Source of the DNA: a virus
Direction: 5' to 3' (one strand)
DNA length: 64,000 nt
IMG/VR virus record: IMGVR_UViG_3300022602_000058
Location: 1-64,000 of that record
The position numbers were made by a program, and so were the translations under genes. The notes under the pieces are model-generated. The model worked only from the letters and a program-made list of their open reading frames with translations, was not told the DNA's origin and did no database searches. The stretch's first letter is position 1. Every line of letters starts with the position of its first letter. This document shows, one piece after another, positions 6,824 to 14,597 of this stretch.

Positions 6824-9165
6824 CATTAGGGCACTTCCGTAATAATAAATTATGGGAACAAGACTACGAGGTGTGGGATGAAAAAACCGGTACATGGATA
6901 GATTATTTTTCATCATCTTATTCTACAGACACATCGTTTCCGAACCCCCAGGATCCCGATCATCCCATTAATATCATAACTATCTATGACACCATAACAA
7001 AGAAGTTTTATTCATGGGGACTTAAACCTTATAAAGCAAAATCTGTTGATGTAACATATATTGCATGTAAGACAGAGGAAGAGCTATTGCATAAGTTTGT
7101 TACTTTCTTTAGTAAAGATTATTGCGATATCCTTTCGGGATGGAACTCAGAATTTTTTGATGTACCTTATGTTATTAATCGAGTAAGAAAAGTTTTAGGT
7201 GAAGAATCAATGCAAAAACTTTCACCAGCAGGTTCATTGCGTTCAAGAACCTTTATGGGTAAGTATGGTAGAGAACAAGTTAAATGGCATATTGAGGGAT
7301 TATCTTGTGTTGATTATCTTGATATCTATAAACGTTTCTGTCAAACTCTTCGTGAGTCTTATAAATTAGATGCGATTGGCGAAGTGGAATTACAAGAGCG
7401 TAAGATTGATTACGGTGATCAGAATTTGACTGAACTTGCTGATAATGACTGGGATACTTTTGTTGATTATAATATTCAGGACGTTAATCTTTTAGTAAGA
7501 CTAGAGCAAAAACTTCAGTATATTCAATTATTACGAATGATTGCTTATGCTGGTCTTACGACGTTTGAAGGAGCACTTGGATCACTTTCTGTTATTACCG
7601 GTCTTTGCTCTATTCGTGCACGTCTTAAGGATAAGCGTATTCCCACTTTTGTAAAGGATGTACAAGAGGGTACAAAGAATGCTGGTGCGTATGTAGCAGA
7701 TCCACAGCAAGGTTTTCAAGAGCATATAGTATCGTTGGACGCTAATAGTCTATACCCCAACACGATGATTACACTTAATCTCTCACCAGAGACAAAAGTA
7801 GGTAAGATCATTGGAAAGAATGATAAAGAAATTACTATTAAACACGTAAATGGTCAAACGTTCAATCTTACACATGAAAAGTTTGCTGCGTTTGTTAAAC
7901 AGGAGGAGATAGCAATTTCACGTGCTAAAATTCTTTTTACACAAAAGGAGAAAGGTATTATACCTGATACAATTGACTATTATTACAATAAGCGTGTAGA
8001 GGTTAAGAAGCAACTTACTAAAGCAAAGAAAAAATCGCTTACTCTTACTGAAAACACAAAAGAGTATGATAATAATCAGATCGAAATTGACCGACTAAAC
8101 ATTCGTCAGCATACTATTAAGATTTTGATGAATACAGTGTATGGATATTTTGGCAATAAACATAGTCCGTTAGGTGACGATGAACTTGCCGAATCTATTA
8201 CACTTACCGGGCAAGCTGTTATTAAAGAATCAAATCGTATTTTGACTGAATATATCAAGACAAATACCGGTCTGACCGATGAAGATCTAAAAGATAATTC
8301 ACCTATTATCTATAACGATACAGATTCAAGTTATATTTCAATTAAACATCTTGTTAAAGCGAAAAAGATCCCTGTATTTGATAAGGACGGTAATGTACAT
8401 CCTGATTATTACAAAGCTGTTGCTGATATTGAAGATCATTTGAATAATGAAATTATTAAATGGGGCAAAAGCGCGTTAGGATCAAAGGATTGTCGACTTG
8501 TGTTCAAGCGTGAAGCTATTGCTGATGTCGGGCTGTTTCTAGCAAAGAAACGTTACGTCCTGCATACACTTGACGTCGAAGGCATTCCTGGTAAGAAATT
8601 TAAGTATACAGGCGTTGAAGTTGTACGTACAACCATGCCTACACCTATTAAACCTTACGTTAAAAAAATTATTGAAACAATGCTTTTGACGAAAGACTAT
8701 AACGCCACTAATAAAGTGTTTAATGAAACATACGAAATCTTTAAGAAATTACCACTTGAAGATATTGCATTTGTAATGGGTGTGAAGGGATATGAAAAGT
8801 ATGCCAATCGTAGTAATGGATTTGAGACAGTAAAGGGAATGCCCAAACACGTTAAAGCTGCATACTATCATAATATTCTTCTTGATCGATTCGGTATTGA
8901 ACGAAAATATGAAAAGATGACATCAGGTGATAAGGTAAGATTCTTTGAAGTAAAGAAACCTAATAGCTTTGGACTATCTGTTATTGGATACAAATACTAT
9001 TACCCTAAGGAGTTTCAATCTATTTTTGAAATTGATTATGAAACAATGTTTGAAAAGATTATCTATTCTGTTATTGAACGTTTTTACGAAGCTGTAAATT
9101 GGACAGTAAAAAGACCAGGTAATGATGCGCAGATTGATCTTTTTGATTTACTTGGAATGGAATAG
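6805..9165 (+). CDS. gp43: DNA polymerase family B, C-terminal fragment (ExoII/ExoIII plus polymerase domain)
   Basis: GWNSEFFDVPY (ExoII), YNIQD (ExoIII), DANSLYP, KILMNTVYG, YNDTDS, KKRY. Confidence 0.95.
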   Translation: MSEQEVTLGHFRNNKLWEQDYEVWDEKTGTWIDYFSSSYSTDTSFPNPQDPDHPINIITIYDTITKKFYSWGLKPYKAKSVDVTYIACKTEEELLHKFVTFFSKDYCDILSGWNSEFFDVPYVINRVRKVLGEESMQKLSPAGSLRSRTFMGKYGREQVKWHIEGLSCVDYLDIYKRFCQTLRESYKLDAIGEVELQERKIDYGDQNLTELADNDWDTFVDYNIQDVNLLVRLEQKLQYIQLLRMIAYAGLTTFEGALGSLSVITGLCSIRARLKDKRIPTFVKDVQEGTKNAGAYVADPQQGFQEHIVSLDANSLYPNTMITLNLSPETKVGKIIGKNDKEITIKHVNGQTFNLTHEKFAAFVKQEEIAISRAKILFTQKEKGIIPDTIDYYYNKRVEVKKQLTKAKKKSLTLTENTKEYDNNQIEIDRLNIRQHTIKILMNTVYGYFGNKHSPLGDDELAESITLTGQAVIKESNRILTEYIKTNTGLTDEDLKDNSPIIYNDTDSSYISIKHLVKAKKIPVFDKDGNVHPDYYKAVADIEDHLNNEIIKWGKSALGSKDCRLVFKREAIADVGLFLAKKRYVLHTLDVEGIPGKKFKYTGVEVVRTTMPTPIKPYVKKIIETMLLTKDYNATNKVFNETYEIFKKLPLEDIAFVMGVKGYEKYANRSNGFETVKGMPKHVKAAYYHNILLDRFGIERKYEKMTSGDKVRFFEVKKPNSFGLSVIGYKYYYPKEFQSIFEIDYETMFEKIIYSVIERFYEAVNWTVKRPGNDAQIDLFDLLGME

Positions 9166-9202
9166 TTGATTTTAATTAAAGATATAATAATATATTAAAG
9201 AT

Positions 9203-9559
9203 ATGAGCGAAACAAAACTTATTACATTCATTGATCACATCGGCCGCACTATTATTGGTGAGTCCGTTGGTGATGTAGACAGCGGCGCTTCTTTCCTTGT
9301 AAAGAATCCTGCCATCATCCATGTTCAGCCTACCCAGCAGGGTCAGCTTAACGTACAAACAATTCCTCTCTACTTCCGTGAGTTTGTTGGAGAGAAATCA
9401 AAAGAGAATGGTACGACTTGGAAGTATCATTATGCTAATGTCGTTTTTGGTGTTGATGTTGATAACGACCCACGCCTTATTGATCAGTACAGTAAACTCT
9501 TTGCGGCACCTGCCGAGGTAGCCAACGACCCTCAGGTTGTAAAGCTTTTTGATGAGTAA
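9203..9559 (+). CDS. Conserved phage protein, possible Sm-like beta fold
   Basis: Clean ORF between pol and uvsX, beta-rich (LVKNPAII...IPL), with an upstream TTGATT promoter and a downstream terminator. Confidence 0.5.
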   Translation: MSETKLITFIDHIGRTIIGESVGDVDSGASFLVKNPAIIHVQPTQQGQLNVQTIPLYFREFVGEKSKENGTTWKYHYANVVFGVDVDNDPRLIDQYSKLFAAPAEVANDPQVVKLFDE

Positions 9560-9591
9560 TATATCGTAATCTGCTCTCAAGAAACCAGATT

Positions 9592-9621
9592 AAATACCCG
9601 ACTTCGGTCGGGTATTTTTTT
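9592..9621 (+). terminator. Rho-independent terminator with a UUCG tetraloop
   Basis: aaatacccgac-TTCG-gtcgggtattt followed by a T run. Confidence 0.9.
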
Positions 9622-9623
9622 GC

Positions 9624-9651
9624 TTGAATTTATAATCTGGTGTGGTATAAT
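9624..9651 (+). promoter_or_regulatory. Sigma70-type promoter with extended -10 for uvsX
   Basis: TTGAAT-16nt-TATAAT with TGn extension, 7 nt before ATG 9659. Confidence 0.65.
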
Positions 9652-9658
9652 AGGTGAT

Positions 9659-10789
9659 ATGGATAAAGATTTACTTAAAACCCTTTCTATTATTGATGAG
9701 CATAATTCTGATGCTTGTTTTTTGTCTGAAAATGCTCTTTCGAATTTTACTGAGTGTTATGATACTGGTTGTTATGCTCTTAATGCTATTCTTACCGGTG
9801 ATTTGAGAAATGGTGGTGTACCGCAGGGTCGTATTATTGGTTTTAGTGGTGAGTCTGGTACTGGTAAGACTCTTATTACTGGTAAGATTCTTGCTAATGC
9901 TCAGAAGAAAGGTGTTGTACCAGTTATCTTTGATTCTGAAATTGCAGTGGATAAGAATTCTGTTCGCGGTGTTGGTCTTGATCCAGAGAAAGTTAAGTAC
10001 GTACCGATTGATACTATTGAAAAGTGTCGTAACCAGGTTGGTGCCTTACTTGATAAGGTTATTGCAAATAACCAACATGGTAAGATTATTATCTGTATTG
10101 ATAGTTTGGGTAATCTTGCGTCACAGAAAGAGCTCGATGATGCGCTTAAGGATAAGTCAGCTACCGATATGGGTATGCGTGCTAAGGCTCTTAAGTCTAT
10201 GCTTCGTACCTTGACCTATAAGGCTGCTAAGGCTCAGGTATCAATTATCTTTGTTAATCATACATACTCTGATCCTGCTGCTATGTATCCATCTTTGATT
10301 AAGTCACAAGCTGGTGGCTCAGGCCCGGTTTATATGGCAAGTATACTTGTTCAGCTTGCTAAGAGAAATGAAAAGGCTGGAGAAGGCGAGTTTGGTAATA
10401 TTGAGGATAATAAATTATCTGAAGCTAACAAATATAGTGGTGTAACTCTTCGCGCACTTACAGCGAAGAATCGATTTATTCCTCAATTCCTTGAAATTGA
10501 GATGTATCTATCATTTAAGTCAGGACTAAACAAATACAGTGGCTTGCTTGCCATGGCCACAGCAAGAGGTATTGTAGAGCAGAACGGGTCGACTTATACT
10601 GTAGGTATTGATGGCGGTAAATATAAGAAGGGTGATAAGCTTGGTTATGCGAAGAACTTTACCAAGGACCCATCTTTTTATGAGGATTTTATTATTCCAG
10701 CTTTAGATGAAGCTTTGAAAAAGGATTACCGCTATCATCAAGCTGCTGATGATATTGTTGATAATGTTGTTGAACAGGACGCTGAATAA
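9659..10789 (+). CDS. uvsX: RecA-like recombinase
   Basis: GESGTGKT Walker A, FDSE, IDSLGNL, AGGSG, KNRF; start placed at ATG 9659 (MDKDLL) downstream of the promoter. Confidence 0.92.
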   Translation: MDKDLLKTLSIIDEHNSDACFLSENALSNFTECYDTGCYALNAILTGDLRNGGVPQGRIIGFSGESGTGKTLITGKILANAQKKGVVPVIFDSEIAVDKNSVRGVGLDPEKVKYVPIDTIEKCRNQVGALLDKVIANNQHGKIIICIDSLGNLASQKELDDALKDKSATDMGMRAKALKSMLRTLTYKAAKAQVSIIFVNHTYSDPAAMYPSLIKSQAGGSGPVYMASILVQLAKRNEKAGEGEFGNIEDNKLSEANKYSGVTLRALTAKNRFIPQFLEIEMYLSFKSGLNKYSGLLAMATARGIVEQNGSTYTVGIDGGKYKKGDKLGYAKNFTKDPSFYEDFIIPALDEALKKDYRYHQAADDIVDNVVEQDAE

Positions 10790-10851
10790 TGAGTAAAGTT
10801 GTTGTACCAGTTTCCGGTGGGATAGGTAATAGTATTGACAATACTAATTAA
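10789..10851 (+). pseudogene. Abandoned 5' stub of queC (MSKVVVPVSGG...)
   Basis: 20-codon ORF coupled to uvsX by TAATG; matches the QueC N-terminal strand and the SGG of the PP-loop, then diverges where the GIY-YIG gene ends. Confidence 0.7.
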
Positions 10852-11479
10852 CCATCTCAAACCCTTTTTCTCTACCTTGCTTGAGCTTTCCTTTACGTTT
10901 TAAGAACCCTACATCAAAGCCAAATAAATTAAAGAATTCTCTGTTATTCTTAATATTTACAATTTTTCCACATGGCAACTTAACACAAAACGGTCGACTC
11001 TTTATATCACTTAGCTTTGATTTAACATCTGCACGGAAAGAAGGGTTGTCCTTTTTTAATCTTTGACTCTTTGCTTCGCTCACACCTGGCAGGTTGTTGA
11101 GATTATTGATCTTCATCTTTTCTGACATTAATCTTCTTCTCTCCTTCGACCATATTTTTTTCTTTTGCTCGTCAGTGTATTTGAATCGTAACCCGGTTGT
11201 GTCAAAATCTTCTGTTTGAATATGCATATTATACCAATCATTTGATAGCTTAACATTCCATAGCTTTTGATAATAAATTTCTCTTTTATTAAGATCAGCT
11301 GCATTTAGGCAATATTCGATAATATCTTTTTTAAAATTGTCTATCCCTAAAATCTTTATATCATTTTTTAGCCATTTCGAGCTACCGAAATAGTTTTCAT
11401 GCCCTTTATCAACCTTCTTTTTACCTATATAACGCTTGCCTGTTACGATATTCGTTGTAATGTAGATATAACCAAACAT
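10844..11479 (-). CDS. GIY-YIG homing endonuclease (Seg-like)
   Basis: GYIYITTNIVTGKRYIGKK, YFGS, LNKREIYY, WYN; TAAATA 5 nt upstream (11485-11490). Confidence 0.88.
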   Translation of the reverse strand: MFGYIYITTNIVTGKRYIGKKKVDKGHENYFGSSKWLKNDIKILGIDNFKKDIIEYCLNAADLNKREIYYQKLWNVKLSNDWYNMHIQTEDFDTTGLRFKYTDEQKKKIWSKERRRLMSEKMKINNLNNLPGVSEAKSQRLKKDNPSFRADVKSKLSDIKSRPFCVKLPCGKIVNIKNNREFFNLFGFDVGFLKRKGKLKQGREKGFEMVN

Positions 11480-11511
11480 GCAAATATTTATGGGATGGGT
11501 GTACGGAGTAA

Positions 11512-11539
11512 TTGATTTTTAATGAAAATATAATATAAT
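11512..11539 (+). promoter_or_regulatory. Sigma70-type promoter for queC
   Basis: TTGATT-16nt-TATAAT, 7 nt before ATG 11547. Confidence 0.6.
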
Positions 11540-11546
11540 CTTTAAT

Positions 11547-12248
11547 ATGCGCAAAAAGTCCGTTATTTTAAGTTTTAGTGGTGGAGCAGACTCAACAATT
11601 CTATTACACCTAGCTGCAAAACAATTTGAGAATGTACATGCTGTGTCTTTTGATTACGGTCAAAGACATAAAAGAGAATTACTCTGCGCGGAACAACAAC
11701 TATCATCGATACCTAATCTTATACAGTATAATATACTAACTCTACCGTTTATTAAGCAGTACAAAACATCAGCACTAACAAATAACGATATTAATGTACC
11801 AAAGACACAACATGTTATGGGTGATCCACAAACGTCTGCTTATATTCCTAATCGTAATATGACATTTCTTTCAATATTAATAGGTATAGCTGAGGACAGA
11901 GATATCGATACAGTGTGGTATGGAGCTGCGCAAGCAGACAGCGTGGCAGGATTTTACGACGGGTCTCCGGAATTCCTTACAGCTATTAATAACGTAGCTG
12001 CTCTTAATAGACGAAACAAAATTAGAGTTGAAGCGCCTCTTATTGATAAATCCAAAAAAGAAATTATTGAAATGGGGTTAGAGCTTGGAGTTGACTTTAG
12101 CCGTACTTGGACCTGTTACGAAGGTCTCGATCAAGCATGTGGCGAATGTACAGCGTGTTCCCTGAGATTACAGGGATTTATCCAAGCAAAGGTTAAAGAT
12201 CCGTTAGCTTATTCAAAGGATATACCTTGGGATAAATTATTGGCTTAG
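11547..12248 (+). CDS. queC: 7-cyano-7-deazaguanine synthase
   Basis: SGGADS PP-loop, FDYGQRH, IPNRN, TWTCY...CGECTAC..R zinc site. Confidence 0.92.
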   Translation: MRKKSVILSFSGGADSTILLHLAAKQFENVHAVSFDYGQRHKRELLCAEQQLSSIPNLIQYNILTLPFIKQYKTSALTNNDINVPKTQHVMGDPQTSAYIPNRNMTFLSILIGIAEDRDIDTVWYGAAQADSVAGFYDGSPEFLTAINNVAALNRRNKIRVEAPLIDKSKKEIIEMGLELGVDFSRTWTCYEGLDQACGECTACSLRLQGFIQAKVKDPLAYSKDIPWDKLLA

Positions 12249-13159
12249 CCGAAGTCAACACCGTGGCGACCACCTTCACCGCCAAAGGCTTGACGAGCTG
12301 TTGTTGGTCGACCACCAACGCCAAATTCACGGGCTGCGTATTCTTCAGGCTCTGCTGTTACGAGAGATAAATCACCCTTATCAGCGAATTCTTCGGCTTT
12401 GTCTCCTAGCTCGATAATATTACCTCTTTTTGATAGAACTTTAGCTGCTACTAATTTACTGATAATTCCACGAGCACGACCTGTAGCACGTGCATCACTT
12501 ATTTCTGAATCCTTTTGAACAATATGTTGCTTAAGTGAAGCAATAAGTTCATTCTCATGAACACCTTCACCAGCTTGTTCAACAGCTGACTGCATTAACG
12601 TATTTGTCTCTCTATCTTCAACAGCACTTTCAGGCTCTGTTGTTGCAGCACCATGTTGAGCAGGAGCTGCTTTGAGCTCTTGACCAGATTGCTCGTCGTT
12701 ATTTTCGATCGAATCGACAACAGCGTCTTCAACATCCTTATGATCAACGTCTTCACCCTCAGCGGCTTTATCGTTAAGGAATTTTACAGCCGGGGCTACA
12801 GCATTCTTAATAATACGTGCTGTATAACCTGCACGAGCTTTTGGATAACCAAGATGAACAAGCTCACTATGAATTGCATTCTGAAGACTATTCAATTGAT
12901 CTTTCTCTGAACCTTCAGCATCAAAACGTCCACCAGGAAATAAAGCATCAAAAACTGGCTTAACGATCATGTCAACAACTTCATCAGCAGATTTACCAGT
13001 CTTTTTAATTAAGTCAGCGAAAAGGTATGTATCGCCAGCACGTCCTGTAACAGCTTGCTTTGTTGCTGCAGCAAACGGCTCGTATTCAGCACCGATCGGC
13101 GCTTCTTTAATAAGGCTCTTACGATATGCTTCAAAAATTAAATTGGAATCTTTATTCAT
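12245..13159 (-). CDS. Late-expressed hypothetical protein, possible internal head protein
   Basis: TAAATA upstream; N-terminus MNKDSNLIFEAY...LIKE; acidic and Ala-rich. Confidence 0.55.
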   Translation of the reverse strand: MNKDSNLIFEAYRKSLIKEAPIGAEYEPFAAATKQAVTGRAGDTYLFADLIKKTGKSADEVVDMIVKPVFDALFPGGRFDAEGSEKDQLNSLQNAIHSELVHLGYPKARAGYTARIIKNAVAPAVKFLNDKAAEGEDVDHKDVEDAVVDSIENNDEQSGQELKAAPAQHGAATTEPESAVEDRETNTLMQSAVEQAGEGVHENELIASLKQHIVQKDSEISDARATGRARGIISKLVAAKVLSKRGNIIELGDKAEEFADKGDLSLVTAEPEEYAAREFGVGGRPTTARQAFGGEGGRHGVDFG

Positions 13160-13163
13160 AGTC

Positions 13164-13191
13164 TTGAATTATTTATTCTTGAGGGTATAAT
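13164..13191 (+). promoter_or_regulatory. Sigma70-type promoter for the amidotransferase operon
   Basis: TTGAAT-16nt-TATAAT, 9 nt before ATG 13201. Confidence 0.6.
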
Positions 13192-13200
13192 ATATTCATA

Positions 13201-13884
13201 ATGTGTGGAATATTCGCAGCTTCAGACTTTAACAAATATATGAAGCTTTATAATAAAAATAAAGAAAGAGGAAACTTTGCTTATGGAGCGTTATTTTTAA
13301 GCTATTCATATGATGCTACTATGAAAGTTGAAGGCACGGTTGAATTATCTAAAAATATGCTAGTTAACAACTACGATGTTGCTATGAAGCCATCGGAATT
13401 TTATTATTTTATGGGACACACCCAAGCTCCCACTAGTTCAAAACGTATATTTGATGAAAATACATCACATCCCTTTTGTTGCGGTGATTGGGTTGTAGCA
13501 CATAATGGTGTACTAACTAACGATAAGAAGCTTAAAAATAGAGTTGAGAAACCGGAAAATTATAATGAGGTCGATACATCTGTAATACCCGCTCTACTTG
13601 ATCAGTATTCTGATGAAATAGAGAATGAAGTTAGCTTAATTTGTGAGGTCCTATCAAAGCTTGAAGGTACATTTGGTCTTTGGATTTATAATAAATTATC
13701 ACACAATATATATTTTGCCCGTTCAGGTAGTACTCTATATGCTAATTTAGTTGAAAATACTATATCGTCTTTACCTGATGATAACATGGAATCCCTTGAA
13801 GAAGGTGTTCTTTATCTTGTAACGCCTGAAGGCTTAACTTCAGTAGGGGGCTTCACTAAAAACTCTCCATTTTTTATTATATGA
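13201..13884 (+). CDS. Class II (Ntn) glutamine amidotransferase domain protein
   Basis: N-terminal MCGIF with nucleophilic Cys2, RG, GHTQAPT, SHPF, AHNGVLTN, VDT. Confidence 0.85.
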   Translation: MCGIFAASDFNKYMKLYNKNKERGNFAYGALFLSYSYDATMKVEGTVELSKNMLVNNYDVAMKPSEFYYFMGHTQAPTSSKRIFDENTSHPFCCGDWVVAHNGVLTNDKKLKNRVEKPENYNEVDTSVIPALLDQYSDEIENEVSLICEVLSKLEGTFGLWIYNKLSHNIYFARSGSTLYANLVENTISSLPDDNMESLEEGVLYLVTPEGLTSVGGFTKNSPFFII

Positions 13885-14570
13885 CATTTGCAATATTTTC
13901 CTGTACTCAACAATCTGATTATAAACAAACTCTACTTTATAAAAGTATTGCAAAGATTGAACGTGAGACAAATTTTGTTTTATTAGATAAGTTATTCTTC
14001 GCAACGCAAAATAAAAAAGGGTTAAGTGAAGCCTATAATAAATTCCTTTTTGATAATCCAATCTATGATATGGTTGTTTTTATACATGATGATATGTGGA
14101 TAGATGACGCAGGGTTCATTACAAAGCTTAAAGAAAATCATACAAAATACGATATCATCGGTCTTGCCGGTGGTTTAAATCCTGTTCTTAAAGCACCTGC
14201 TCTATGGCATATAATGTGTGGTGGATTTCAAGGCGGTAATCTACGAGGGTTTGCCGGTCATTATCTTCCTGATGGCATTACAACAAGTATTACAAACTTT
14301 GGACCATCTCCAGCTCGAGTTGCTATAATCGATGGAGCGTTTATGTCTATAAATGTTAAAACTGTAACAGCAGCTAAGTGGAAATTTAACAAAAATTATA
14401 CTTTCCATCACTATGATATTTCAAGCTGTATTGATGCGAATAAACTTAAGCTTAAAATCGGCGTTGTACCTATCTTAACTTATCACAACTCTCCAGGATT
14501 AATGGATATCAATGATAAAACATTTACAGAAAACCAAGCAAAGTTTTTAGCAGAGTATGCTAGCTATTAA
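13881..14570 (+). CDS. GT-A fold (GT2-like) glycosyltransferase
   Basis: GLSEAYN, FIHDD (DxD-like), IIGLAG, IDGAFM, FHHYD, terminal HNSPG. Confidence 0.75.
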   Translation: MTFAIFSCTQQSDYKQTLLYKSIAKIERETNFVLLDKLFFATQNKKGLSEAYNKFLFDNPIYDMVVFIHDDMWIDDAGFITKLKENHTKYDIIGLAGGLNPVLKAPALWHIMCGGFQGGNLRGFAGHYLPDGITTSITNFGPSPARVAIIDGAFMSINVKTVTAAKWKFNKNYTFHHYDISSCIDANKLKLKIGVVPILTYHNSPGLMDINDKTFTENQAKFLAEYASY

Positions 14571-14597
14571 TATCACTAGCTAGTATTATAGATAGGA

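Noticed and set aside
5934-6918. Group I intron interrupting the polymerase gene
   Set aside because: Almost no non-coding sequence is available; an agactac at about 6871 resembles the P7 R element but no matching S element (AUAGUC) follows, and both flanks read as clean protein extensions. Not formally excluded without RT-PCR or a covariance-model search.
6805-6940. Functional split intein in the polymerase
   Set aside because: No TxxH block B, block F or terminal (H)N-C/S/T in the head of fragment B.
9620-9658. N-terminal extension of UvsX given in the ORF track
   Set aside because: It overlaps the terminator tail and the promoter; ATG 9659 fits the promoter spacing. The same reasoning was applied to track starts 22115, 24624, 59951, 60392, 61259 and 63465.
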